Source: Octopus sinensis (Eukaryota). Taken from it: a DNA stretch of 64,000 nucleotides. Position numbers and translations under genes: made by a program. This document shows, piece after piece, positions 13,471-26,308 of this stretch. The stretch lies in the NCBI RefSeq assembly GCF_006345805.1, contig NW_021836137.1, positions 1 to 64,000 on the forward strand, read 5' to 3'. The first letter of the stretch is position 1. Every line of letters starts with the position of its first letter. Under the pieces are notes generated by a model. The model did no database searches. It was not told the DNA's origin and saw nothing but the letters and a program-made list of their open reading frames with translations.

Positions 13471-15369
13471 TAAAGGATGAAGTATGATGGTGGCGATAGT
13501 TTACAACAAAGAGACAGTAATACACATATGTGCATACACACACACACATACTTATAAAATGGGCTTCTTTTAGTTTCCATCTATCAAATTCATGTAAAAA
13601 CTTTTAGTCAGATCAGGGTTGTTACAGAGGACTTATAGTAGAAGAAACTTGTTCAAAGTTCCACACAATCATATTGACCCTGAAACCATGTGGTTTGAGA
13701 AGCAAACTTCTTAACCATACAGCCATGATGTACCTATGCCACAACTATGCATCCATGCTCAGTACTGATAAGACAGTAAGCAAACATTGCATAATGTCAC
13801 ACCTAACATGGAACCTCTGCTTGCTTTCATACCTGATGCTCCTTTATCTCCTACACCACATATGTGTGTGATGTGTATACACCCTGCTCATATAAGTTGG
13901 TAGCATGCATGATAATATCTACAGTATTTAATGTACAATAATTTTTGCTACATATATTATACATCTATAGAATGCCAATTCTGTAATTTTTAATAGGTAG
14001 GCAAGACTAGCCACTGTTTAGGTGATTACTATAATATCCAAAGCAATGTCTTGGGTATCCTCAAACCCATTGCCAGCAACTTAAATTCACCAAGGCATGC
14101 CATGCCCAACCATCTTTTGAACACTATTTGGGTAGGGAAGTTCAACAACACATTTCCAATCACAGTTACACTCACATCTCTCTTTTTATATGAATATTTA
14201 CCTGAACTTTCTTTGATCCTGCCTATAGTTTACCACCATTATTCTTACTGTTCTTTTTGTACTTTATGTGGCTTCACTTGTGGAGTTATATATGCATGTA
14301 CAGTGGTGTGTATATAATTGTTGTTGCATATATTTCTTCACACTCTTACATATGTCACCGTAGTTATACATACGCATTTACTGTTAGTTTCTTTAGGATT
14401 GAATTCTACAATACATCACTGATTCCAATGTTAGAGCACTCTTGTCACTTCCTGTACCACCAGCTAAGCAAATAAATCTTTTGTATTTCTCTACGCTATG
14501 CAGAAGAGCAAGATCCTAAAACATTGGACTTTCTACACCTCACTGCAATCATACTCATTTGGCATTCATTGAACTTTCCCTTTGATGTATTGTTGTTGAT
14601 ACAGATCTCATCAGATTCCTCAGATTTTGGAATTTACTCAATTGTATTATGCATCTGAGCATTGCACTTAGAGATTTGTGCTTCAATCATCCATACGAAT
14701 CTCTACAGCAATTTATGATAACTCTCAGTTAATGATAGGAGAGGATCAAAGTAAAACAGATGAGAGAGAAAAAAATAAATATAAACTGAAGAAAATATTA
14801 AAAAAAAAAACATGTAAAAAGCTGAATTACTGTGATAAAGTTAAGTGCGTGAGGATATCAGTGGGTGTGGTAGCACACCCATGTGCTTACAGCCATAGCT
14901 TCTGCTTCACACACATATACATACATACACACACATGCATATACATATATACACGCACACACATCTCACCCTTCTTTTTCCAGTAATTTTGTAGAAAAGA
15001 AAACAAATGTAGCATGTTTCATCAAACATGTATTGGAAAATATTTTAAATGATTTTTACTTAATAATAAAGGATATGATGGAAACCTTTGTTGTAAATGT
15101 ATGTTTAAAAATATGTGGGCCCACACGACATGTATGTGAGTAATGCAACCTATAGAAACTCTGCAGTTTGATGTGCCTGTTTTATGGTGTGTTATGTATT
15201 TCTCCTCAAGAGATGACAACTCTAAGGATTCCTCTACTAGTGCTGATTTGGCTATCTACTCATCTCTTCACCTGTAAATCTGTGGTCTTGCATCATATGC
15301 AGTTAAGACCAAAAATTTATAGGAGAGCCATAAAGTGAGCTGAATCAAAACAAGTGTTATTCATGATTA

Positions 15370-16005
15370 CTTTTGCCAAGGTTGACCTCACGATTCATTT
15401 TTTGGGGTTGTTAAAATAATATATCGGGCCAATGTAATCAACTACCCATACCTCCTAAAATTGCTGGCTTTGTTCCAAAATCTGAAACAATTATAACGCC
15501 AGCAAGCAGGTACAATAATTATCATGTTGCACAAAATACTTAGCAACATTTCTTCCAACTTCTTACATTCTCAGTTCAAATTCCACCAGGGTCAACTTCG
15601 TCTTTCATCTTTTCAAGGTTGATAAAATAACTAACAGTCAAGCACTGGGGTCAATGTAATCGACTAGTCCCTTTCCCCAAAATTTCAGGCCTTGTGTCTA
15701 TAGTAGAAGGAATTGCTACTGCTGCTGCTACTATCACCACTTCCACCACCATTACCACTGCTGCTGCTGCTGCTGCTACTGCTACTGCTACTACTACTAC
15801 TACTACTACAGGCAGCCAACAAGCTAAATTGTCAACACACCTGACATTTTGCCCAGCTTTACATTCTGAGTTCAGATGTTGCTGAGACTGCTTCTGCTTT
15901 TCATCGGTTTGGGGTAGATGAGAAAAGTACCAGTTGAGTACTAGGGTTAATGTAATCAATAGCCCTCTCCTCATAAAATTTCAGGCTTTATACCTATAAT
16001 AAAAA
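15370..16005 (+). mobile_element. Cluster of three degenerate family-B SINEs separated by trinucleotide tracts
   Basis: The family-B core (tttcatc...gg(gg)ttgata...tgtaatc(g)act) recurs near 15380, 15595 and 15895. Confidence 0.65.
15712..15808. repeat. Compound (GCT)n/(ACC)n/(ACT)n microsatellite
   Basis: Direct reading. Confidence 0.95.
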
Positions 16006-16039
16006 TTACTACTACTACTACTGATGGACTCGCTCATTA

Positions 16040-16292
16040 AAGATGACATATGAGTGTTCAGCTTTTGCCAAACAACCTGCACAAATGATTTGTTTATAAT
16101 AATCAAATGCATGGGCTGTACTCCCTCCATCAAATCAATGTTGCCTGAACAGGAACAAGTTGTACCACACATCAGGCGTCAAAGTGATCACAGCACAATG
16201 CAAGATGAAGTGCTTTCGTCACCACCTGGTCTAGGATTTGAAAGCACAATCTCATGATTGTGAGTGCAACACCTTAACCACAAGGCCATGCA
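16040..16292 (-). mobile_element. Degenerate tRNA-derived SINE (different family)
   Basis: Minus-strand head ggccttgtggttaaggtgttgcactcacaatcatgagattgtgctttcaaatcc is tRNA-like. Confidence 0.5.
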
Positions 16293-16306
16293 TCTTCGCT
16301 GCTGTA

Positions 16307-16346
16307 GTAGTAGTAGTAGTAGTAGTACTACTACTACTACTACTAC
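16307..16346. repeat. Perfect 40-bp (GTA)n-(ACT)n palindrome
   Basis: gtagtagtagtagtagtagt is immediately followed by actactactactactactac. Confidence 0.95.
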
Positions 16347-18289
16347 TTTTATTTTCAATTCTGACACTCTACTAAATATCAAATTATAGGTGTAATTATA
16401 ACAAATGACACTAGATATTCATAGAAAATATCTAAATATATTAAGAATACTCCAGATGAAATGAAATAATAATTAATAGAATTTTTATTGTCAATTTTTT
16501 ATAAGTAACTTTGCTTCTTAACTGTCTGAGAAAGTAAACCCAATTGTCACCAAATAATATCTATATTGTATTTTCAGGCATTCAATTAGGTGCTTTACTA
16601 GAGATATCAAATCAATATTTGTATGTCTCCAAAGAATGCATAATGGTAATTATTACAAAAGAAGACAATTAACAATACTCAGAGTTTGATATATCTTTAT
16701 GATATTACAAAATGATTTAATTTATTTTTCATTTTATATCTTTATATAGCATGCAAATACCTTATAAAGGAATGTATATTGCAGTAAACATATTCTAAAT
16801 TAATCCTGAAATCAATATTTCTAATAGATATTCATGATCAAAATTACTTTATAGCAGATATAATTAACAGCTATACAACATATATAAAACATCACCTTTT
16901 TTCTGAAAAAATACCACCCATTTCTGTGATAGCAGATTTTTGAAAGTGGGGAAACATCTAGATGCCAATTAAATTCTTATCATTACACAAGAAAAAATTT
17001 ACAAATATCACCTCGTTTTGAGGAGCTTATAAATAGAAGATTCAGATAATAGGTACAGGGTCATTATTTAGTAAATTTGTCTCCAAAGATTTATGAAACA
17101 TGTTCCTGAACATAATTTAAGCACTTAAAATGGGTCAGACACAGCAATGCAGATATTACTGCCTATGTAAATTAAAGCAATAAGGAAAATTTTTAGTTTA
17201 CTCTCATCATATATTTTTTAATTTGTGCATTATGCATGAGTATGTAATTTTTTAATAAATTAATGAAAACTTCATTAGCTGTCAGTAATTAGAAACACCA
17301 TTACAACTTTTGCAAGTGTTAATATAAACATGATACAACCAATTATACTTAATATAATTACCTCTCAAAATAAAATTATGGCAGTACATTGGAGTCCACT
17401 ATTACATGGTAGAAGATACAGCATATATGAAATCATTAAATACACACAGTGGACTTGCTATCCTTGCTTGTATAGCCAAGATTTTTTCTTTCTAGTTATG
17501 AAGAAAGGGGCTGTACCAAGGCCTGGAAAGTCCATGGCAGACACTATGCACTTCGTTTATATTCCTCTTGGACAGTTGAAAGTTAGTTCTAGCAGGAAAA
17601 ACTGTGTAAAGAGAGAATTCTAGAGGAACAACATTCTGGAGAGAAAGATTGAGTGTAGGGGTTAGTGTGAGGCATTGCATAATAAAAGGAGGAAATATGA
17701 GTGAGTCCAGGAGTACATGAGTGAAAGGGACATGTAAGCAGACAGATGAAAAATGCAGATGCAATTGTAGTAGCAGTAGAAAAGTTAGAAAATGGAGAGC
17801 GAGCGAGAGGGAGAGAGCGAGAGGGAGAGAGAGAGAGAGAGAGAGTGCACATGTCTGTGAGTCAGAGATTAAAGTACACTGGTGAAGAAGTTTATGCCAA
17901 TCAGTCAAGTGGGTTTTTTTTAGATGTGGTCTAAGGTACTGTGTGATTATATACATTACTATCTCAGATATAAAGTTAACAACTGTTATGCACAGTAATA
18001 TTTTCTAGTTCTAAAAATGATGGCTATTTTAATGAAGCAGTCTTTGCTATGATGAGGATGTGCACTTGCCAACAAAGAACCTCAGCAACAGTAAGTCCGA
18101 GCATTTGTGGCATACTTGAGGGGTTCAAATTGCTTGTTGTGTGTTTTAAGGAGTGGATGGTAAAGTTTTATTGATTGAGTCATTGTACTGTTAAGGAGAC
18201 AAAATTGTCATTACTCTTTTGGAGGATGAATTCAAGGTTTCTCTACATGACATCAGCATAGATTTAATGTGTGGTGCCAAGGTTGAATG

Positions 18290-18600
18290 TGGACAATGTT
18301 TGAGTATGGTGGTTTAAAGAGGATTATAAGTTACATTATTTGTGTAGCAGTGGAAATCATTGGAGATGATGTACATGAGGGAGTGTATGGGAATGAAACT
18401 CCATCTAAGTTTGTAAATGAGTGGGACAGAAGAAGAGATCCATCATTAGTGAATACAGTAATGGTATGATCTGACAGGAAGTCACAAATGCAAGTGAAGA
18501 GAGTGCAGATAGGCAGGAAATTTATCCCGGAGCTGTATAAGCCAGAAACAGTCAAGTGCTTTGCTGATGTTGTTTTTATCAAAATGTTTGATGATGATAG
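18290..18600 (-). mobile_element. Degenerate CR1/Jockey-group LINE RT remnant
   Basis: ORF segment KHLTVSG..LFTCICDFLSDHTITVFTNDGSLL resembles KAFD.V.H..LF.WI.DFLSDR.I.V..DG. Confidence 0.5.
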
Positions 18601-20617
18601 CTCACGGATGATGTAATAAAGAATGTTTCCAGTAGATTTGGTTTTATGAAATCTTTACAAGTAATCCTTAAAAAGCATGAAATATTCAATTCTTTAGAGG
18701 AAGTTATAGTTAGTGGTTGAGATGTTAAGAGTGAGTGTAATAGGAAGGTAGTTGACAGGATAAAGATGAGTTGTTATTCTTCTTGGGAATAGGACAAACT
18801 ATAACATATTTCTAAAGATCAGGATATATTTTTGTAGAAAGAAAAACTGAAAAGTTTGGAAAAGGTAAGGCCTAACTCTATGGTTATAACCATCATGGCC
18901 AATGATAACTGGTGCTGGTTCACAATGTAAAAGATTCATTTCTGTCATCAACTTCTGTTTCTAACAAATCAGGTGTGTAGCACATATGCTGCCAGATATA
19001 ATAGCATAGACATGATTGAAGAGTTACTTAAATATTTTTTTTAAATATTTGAAATGCAGTATTCAGATATGCAAAAGGGAATACCTAATTAAACAACCCA
19101 ATACCAAAATAGCTTTTATTAACAAACAAGAACTGTACAAATTTTCATAATAAAATTTCTTACAATCTATGATATTGCTTGATATCTATTTTGTTTTTCA
19201 ATTTGTTTTAATCAGGAACTTGAAACTGCTCTTTGTTAATACAACTGTAAAAAATTTACTCCTTTCATTTTCCAACATTTCATTTTAGCGATGATTTACT
19301 CTTCACTTCATGGATTATTTACTGTACTAGAGTAACAACTATTAATGACACAACTACATTTCATTCAACAAGCAGCTGTTAACTATTTGAATTCTTTCAC
19401 AATTATATTTGTTAACATTACTTCAATCCTAACATGAATTAATCACTGTAACAACCTTATAAATATACCAGCCTCATCTCAGATAAACATCCCACAACTT
19501 ACTTTGAAGAAAATTACCAACATAAAATTGGAAATAGAACTCTACAATCTCAGATATTTACTAATAAGGCGGTGTACATCTCATGCGATGAAAAAAAAAC
19601 AGGAACAAAAGAAATGATGAAATCCAATATTTTTTTTAACGTAAAACTGAATTGAAATGATGTGTAGTGTGGTGTAGTATAGTGTGTAATATAGTATAGT
19701 GTGTTATACAGTGTTATTCCATGTGTGTGTGTGTGGTACTAAAGAAATGACCTGTTCTTTTATATTTTCTATGGCACATATTGATTTACTTCACAACCTC
19801 ACTACATGTAAAGAATATGCAGAAAATAACTACATCTTGGAATTTGCCATTATTGATGTCATTTTTCAGTTCAATATATATATATATATATATATATGCA
19901 AAAAAAAAAAACAACTAAATATGTTATATTTATATGTTTATAGCATCAGTAGTGCATTGTGACATCAACATCAATCAACTGCACTTCTATATTTGTAGTT
20001 AATACATGTTTTTAAAAATCCTCAATGTGAAAATATGGGTGGCTGCAGCATTCAGCAATTTTTGAAGAAATTCGTCCAGCTTTCATGAAAATCAAGTAAA
20101 TCTTTTGATATCTGACATGCTCTGATCTCAGTGGAAGCATGCTCAATGCTTTTAACAAAAATCTCTAATACAAGGAATTTAACAATACCAATTGATTGCG
20201 GACATTTTACTGAAGAAATAATGCTTTTATATTTTCGTCCAGCAGTTCACATTTTATCTTAAAAGACATGTAGTTCATAGATAACAATAATTCTCTGAGT
20301 AGTTTCCAATCTAAATAATGTAGTTTACAGATTCTTAAATACAAAGTGACAGGAATCAGAAAATACCATTTTTACTGCTTCTATGAGGAATGCTTACTTA
20401 CATCTCATCCAGCATTTCAATTTTTTTATTTAGATATTAACATGCATTTTGTAGCTGAAGTATTCCAATAATGTCACAAGATTATCATAAGTTTACCACA
20501 TAATTCGATTTAATCATTTTTTTTTTGTTTTTTAAAAAAGCTTTCTTAGATGTCATGAAAATGGAGTCATAGGATAACTATCCAGCAAGAATAAAGACCA
20601 AATTCTAACCAACAGTT

Positions 20618-20806
20618 ATCATCATCATCATCGTTTAGCGTCCGTTTTCCATGCTAGCATGGGTTAGACGGTTCTACTGGGGTCTGTGAAGCCAGAAGGC
20701 TTCATCAGGCCCAGTCAAATCTGGCAGTGTTTCTACGGCTGGATGCCCTTCCTAACGCCAACCACTCCGTGAGTGTAGTGGGTGCTTTTTACGTGCCACC
20801 CGCACT
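20618..20806 (-). mobile_element. RTE 3' end fragment with (CAT)n tail
   Basis: catcatcatcgtttagcgtccgttttccatgctagcatggg...ggatgcccttcctaacgccaaccactcc. Confidence 0.85.
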
Positions 20807-22074
20807 GAATATATAATATATGAATATATGAATATATAAAAGTCTAGTTACATAAAGACTTTGTTTTATAATACTAACTGGTACACTGCCCTTTAAACCT
20901 TGTATTACCATTTCAGGTTTGAAATTTTCTCTTCATTTCTTTGATATGGAAATGCAATTCAGACCAGTATATGAAATTCCCAGGGACATCCAGTTTTGGA
21001 ACTTTCGCGTTATTATTTTAAGAACTAATATGTCAAAAAAAGGGAATCTAAACCAAGAGTGGACTATTCCTTAATACATGTCTTTTTTCACAAAATCTTC
21101 AGGATTCTAAATCTCCTATGTAGACTGAACAACACTCACAAACAATTTTGTTTAGATTCTACAAGACCACTGTAGAAGGAAATCTATGGAGATCTTTCAG
21201 TATCAACAAATGTAAAATACTCTGTGTTTCTTCTTAGCCCCAAAAGTTATAGTACTTCCTTTCAAAAATATAAAAGAAAACTTAACTTGTCTAGGCAATT
21301 TAAAAACAGTGCTGCAGTAAAATTCAAGCCTTTCTATAATGCCATTACTCTTAAAAACAAGTCACAAATATTAGAATTGAGTAAACGGCTTGTCATGACA
21401 AAATGATAGGATTTAGTAGAATGGTCTCCTACAAAAAAACCCATCTTATTAGACTTTTAAGCAAAATTCAACTGAAGAAAATTGAATTAAAAGGTTTGCT
21501 AATTCTTTTGACACCTGATGTACAATGCAAGTGAATCATAAGGCATAGATAGTTTTAACTCGTCAGCTTTCTGCTATGACATTCTGAAAGATATTTTCCA
21601 TGGGAAGTGGAAACTGATATAAGGAAACAAACATTAAAAAAAAATGAAGTATGAGACCTAGGTGGATGCAATAATGCAGCATTTTATAAAGTGTTGCTCT
21701 ATATTATTTATACAAATACACATATTGCTACAATCACACATATATGCAAGCAAAGAAAGCTGTGTGGTATTGTGTAAGAGGTGTATTACATCAAAAAGAG
21801 TCTGCAAAATGTAAAATGTTAGAGGATTATTGCCTCGCATGTATGTTTTTTTAAATTCTGAACTATGTAAGAGGTTTATCGCCTCATTGTGCTTAAAAAA
21901 GAAAAAAAGAACAATGTTTTAGAGAAGCGAAAATCGGCGGGCGCTTTTCGTCTTCTCCCATCCTTATCATCCTTGTATCATGATCATTCATCCCATTAAT
22001 GTCTGTGTCCAGCCCGCAAGCTTCTCTCCGTTTGCTGCCCTTGTGGCAAATTTAATAAAAATAAAGAAGTTTGT

Positions 22075-22385
22075 TTCTCAACCATATTGTTCTGGGTTCA
22101 GTGGCACCTTGGGCTAGTGTCTTCTACTATAGCCTTGGGCTCATCAAAGCCCATTGTATATTTATTTATTTATTTATTTATTTGTGTCTGTCTGTCTGTG
22201 CCTGTTTTATTCCCACTACTGCTTGTCAACTGGTGTTGGTGAGTTTACATCTAACTTAGTAGTTCAGCAAAAGAGACCAACAGAATAAGTACTAGACTTC
22301 AAAACAAACAAACAAACAAAAAAACAGAAAACAGTTCTGGGGTTGATTTGCTTGACTAAATCCTTCAAATGACAGAAACAAGTAA
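22075..22385 (+). mobile_element. Degenerate SINE family C
   Basis: ggcaccttgggctagtgtcttctactatagccttggg...aatgacagaaacaagtaaaa. Confidence 0.55.
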
Positions 22386-24197
22386 AAAAAATAAAAGATG
22401 TGTACATATATTTTTACATATATATATATGTGCACATATACAAATAAAAATATTTACACATCTATGTGTGTGTGTGAATAGTTATTAGCAGTAATTCAGA
22501 ACGACATACACAGATTATAGATTTTAATTTTTATACAGAAGTAAAATTATATTCATGTGGTAAAGAACTCACTATTAGTATTTCTTTACATTCACAAAGA
22601 ACATTACACATATAGCAAAAAGGCAGTAAAGTAAGTTCTCTTCTTGATAGAGAAACTTTTATTAAGTATAATATGAGAACACATTCAAATGTAAGTTAAC
22701 ATAAAATGGAGAGAAATAATATATATAAATAAAACCTACATGGTGAGTTAAATAAAAGAAATAAGTCGTGTTTAAGTGGTGCATTTATTTTTTAAACACT
22801 TGACCTACAATTTTCTAAAAATCGCATAAATAAAACATATTATGCAGTACTTTATTTTAAAAAGAAACAGTGCTACATAGCCAAAAAACTACATAACCAT
22901 GAGATGGTGTTAATATCATAACTTATATATTTTTAAGGTCATTTTTCATTCCATTTTTACATTTTATCTATCTACTTATTAATTTTTTATTCAGTGTTAA
23001 CATAATATTCTCAGTAACAAGAACATTCTTTAATGATATAGTATAAAAATTAACTGTTTCAAGATTTTTCAGCCATGAATTTGCAGACACATTTATCAAT
23101 TGCTCAGAAAGATAACATTGTCAATAAGTTGTTTCTTAAATCATTAACCTCCAATTGAACATAAATTTTTATCTTCAAATTTGACAAGAAAATTAGATTC
23201 TGCTTTTGTGGTTGATCATATAAACAATTTTTTTCACCAGATAAGTGCAATGTTTTATTTTATAGTAAGGTCCTATACACAGGTTTTTTTCTTGAATTTT
23301 ATGTTTAGTAATATCAGTTTCAGGTTCAAATCTGAACATAAATATTATGAACTCCATTGGTTTGAAAAGAATGATTAGCAACTTCTGTATTATAGATACA
23401 TGTAAAATTCTTAATTAGATAATATCAGTAAAGGATGTAAATTTACTGGCGGTGATAAAGATTGTAGTGTTTTTTTTTGTCAATTCCAGTTAAACATACT
23501 TTTTGATCTGTATTAAACTTAATGTTTAGGAACATGCAGATGACTTCCATAGTTAATACCCTATAGTACAAAAGAAGACTCTGTCATGACTAATTAAAAC
23601 TCATTGCATCTAATGAAGTCTGAACTCACGAGGTCACAAATCCCTAGTTTAATATTTTGCTATTTAAATTTTGTGACTAGGCCATTATGTTACTGTAGCC
23701 TTCTTAACTTTAACTTTCTATTTTGTATGAATTTTACCAGATCTGTAATGGAGTTGAGATGGAAATTAAAATGAAAATATGAGAATAAAAAGGAGTACTT
23801 GATTTGGAACTTAAAGTTCTAAATAGTCATGAATTGTTTGGATAAGAGGTTAAAGTGTTCATATGATCATAAGTATGTACACATCACTGTATACTTCAAA
23901 AAGCCTGTATGCATGTACAAAGTAGTATATTCAAGTGCCAATGGTTGTTTAATTTATTGAAATATGTTAATGTGTGTGTGTGTGTCTGTGTATAAATATA
24001 TATATGCAAAAACACACACACACACATATGATTGATTGATTGATTGATTGATTCTAGTTTCAGCTCATGAGCTGTGGCCATGCTGGGGCACCGCCATTTG
24101 GTGTTGCTACTTGGTTGCTATATACATAAAATTAACTTGTTGCTATATACATAAAATTAACATCATCGATGATGATGGCGATATATACATACATATA

Positions 24198-24409
24198 TGA
24201 GGGAGTGCTGAAACGTTTCTGGCTTTAAGGGTATCATGGAAGGCCTGGCTGGAGGACTAACTTTCTGATTTCTTTTATAGGGCTTAGAGAAACTGAAGGT
24301 CCGCTGCAATAAGTGTATGACTGAGAAGGGAATATGTTGAAGAAAATAATTAATTGATCTCCCTGTATTTTCTTTTACCCAAAGCAAGAAACTTTTCAGC
24401 ACCCGCTCA
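24198..24409 (+). mobile_element. 212-bp mariner-derived MITE
   Basis: TIRs tgagggagtgctgaaacgtttctggc / gcaagaaacttttcagcacccgctca; retains a transposase C-terminal remnant (KLKVRCNKCMTEK..YVEE). Confidence 0.8.
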
Positions 24410-24457
24410 TGTGTGTACGTGTGTTTACATATATATATATATGTGTGCGTGTGTGCA

Positions 24458-24489
<32 letters not shown>

Positions 24490-24492
<3 letters not shown>

Positions 24493-24745
24493 TCATCATC
24501 ATTTAACGTCCGCTTTCCATGCTGGCATGGGTTGGATGGTTCAACTGGGGTCTGGGAAGCCAAAAGGCTGCACCAGGCCCAGTCTGATCTGGCAGTGTTT
24601 CTACAGCTGGACGCCCTTCCTAACGCCAACCACTCCGTGAGTGTAGTGGGTGCGTTTTACGTGCCACCGGCACAGGTGCCAGACGAGGCTGGCAAACAGC
24701 CACGATCGGATGGTGCTTTTTACGTGCCACCGGCACGGGGACCAG
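24490..24745 (-). mobile_element. RTE 3' end fragment with two internal tandem units
   Basis: (CAT)n tail, same family sequence, ttttacgtgccaccggcac twice. Confidence 0.85.
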
Positions 24746-25809
24746 ACATATATATATATGTGCTTAAATCTTCACATGCGAACACATGAATGTATGATAT
24801 AAACTGAATCTATTTTGCAAACATATATGTATGCATATAGCAGAACTTGTGAGTGTGAGTGTATGGTGATATTGTATGTTCAAGTATGTCACCATCAGAT
24901 ACAGAGTCAATTTCAAAGCACTTATGACAAGTAGAGACTAGCCAGACAACAATACATACCCTAAAACTAAACAAAAAGAAGTGCTGAGGGGAAGATTGGA
25001 AGAAAAGAAAGGAAACAAATGGACATAAATTGATAAAATATACTACAGTAAGTATCAAAAATAAGTGAAAGAGATCAAAATAAATTTGAGAGAAAAGATG
25101 ATTATAAAAATAAGAGAGGAGAAATAATACAAAAGAAAAGAATAATATATAGAAGGAGAAAGGGAACACAACAGAATAAAAGAGGGTAACATAGGAGAGA
25201 TAAAAAAGGTTAGAGGGAGTGAGGGAGAGAGAAAGTGGGTGAGAATAAAAATACATTGATAGAGGAAACAACGGAGGGAAGTTAAGATTATTAACGAAAT
25301 GTCTGACAAATTTCTCAGTAAAGGAAGAGAAAAATAAAATAAAATAAATAAATATTAGAAATTATTGTTTTAGAATTTTGGCACAAGGCCAAACTGTACC
25401 AGGCTTTACCTTTCCCTTGGATAACATTGGTGGCATGGAGAGGGGAGGCTGGTATGCATGGGTGACTGCTGGTCTTCCATAAAACAACCTAGCCCAGACT
25501 TGTGCCTCAGAAGGGAACTTTATAGGTACAATCTTATGGTCATTCATGACCGAAGAGGGGTTTTTACTCCTCTTGTTCATAAGTATTTACATGGACAGAT
25601 AGTATCACAAAGACAAATCTACATTCACATACATACAAACATTTTGTATGTGTGTCTGTTGGGTGTTTGCATGCATGCACATGTCTGTATAATGGGCTTT
25701 GTAAACAAGAAAGGAGACTATGTTCATTCATTATTTTAAATCAAAATTGAGATACATCATTATTCCAAGTTTTCAATTTCATATAATGCTCACCAGGAAA
25801 ATATTCATC

Positions 25810-26065
25810 ATCACTGAATGTCCCTTTTCCATGCTCACATGGGTTGGATGGCTTGACAGGAGCTGGCAAGGCCAGAGGCCACACTAGGTTCTGTAGTCTG
25901 TCTTCAAGTACTAAAGCCAGATGCTTTTCCTAAAGCCAACTATTTTACTGAGTGTACAATGTTTTTTAGATGTAACCAGCACCAGTGCTTTCTATGCAAC
26001 TCCAGTACCAGTACGTTTTAGATGGTACCAGCACCAATATCTTTACATGGCACCAGCACCTTTTT
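25810..26065 (-). mobile_element. Degenerate RTE 3' end fragment
   Basis: ttttccatgctcacatgggttggatgg...gatgcttttcctaaagccaac, then short accagcacc repeats. Confidence 0.55.
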
Positions 26066-26129
26066 TTTTTTACAAGGCACCAGTACTTTTTAGATAGCAC
26101 CAGCATGTTTTATGTGGCACCAAGGTTTT

Positions 26130-26308
26130 ATGTGTGTATGTGTGTGTAGATAGATAGATAGATAGATAGATAGAAAGATAAATAGGTAGATAGAAAGATA
26201 GACAGAAAGACAGACAGACAGATAGATAGATAAATAGATAAATAAATACACACATTGTATGTATGTATGTATGTATGTATGTATGCATGCATGCATGTAT
26301 GTATGTAA
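26130..26308. repeat. Compound (GATA)n/(GACA)n/(TATG)n/(CATG)n microsatellite
   Basis: Direct reading. Confidence 0.95.

Noticed and set aside
14555-14615. Minus-strand CTGATGA...GAAA hammerhead candidate
   Set aside because: Five unpaired bases lie before GAAA, and no stem III, GUH triplet or stem I could be formed.
24114-24161. 25-bp direct duplication (similar small duplications at about 54855-54960 and 57832-57858)
   Set aside because: Ordinary local slippage duplications with no sign of function.
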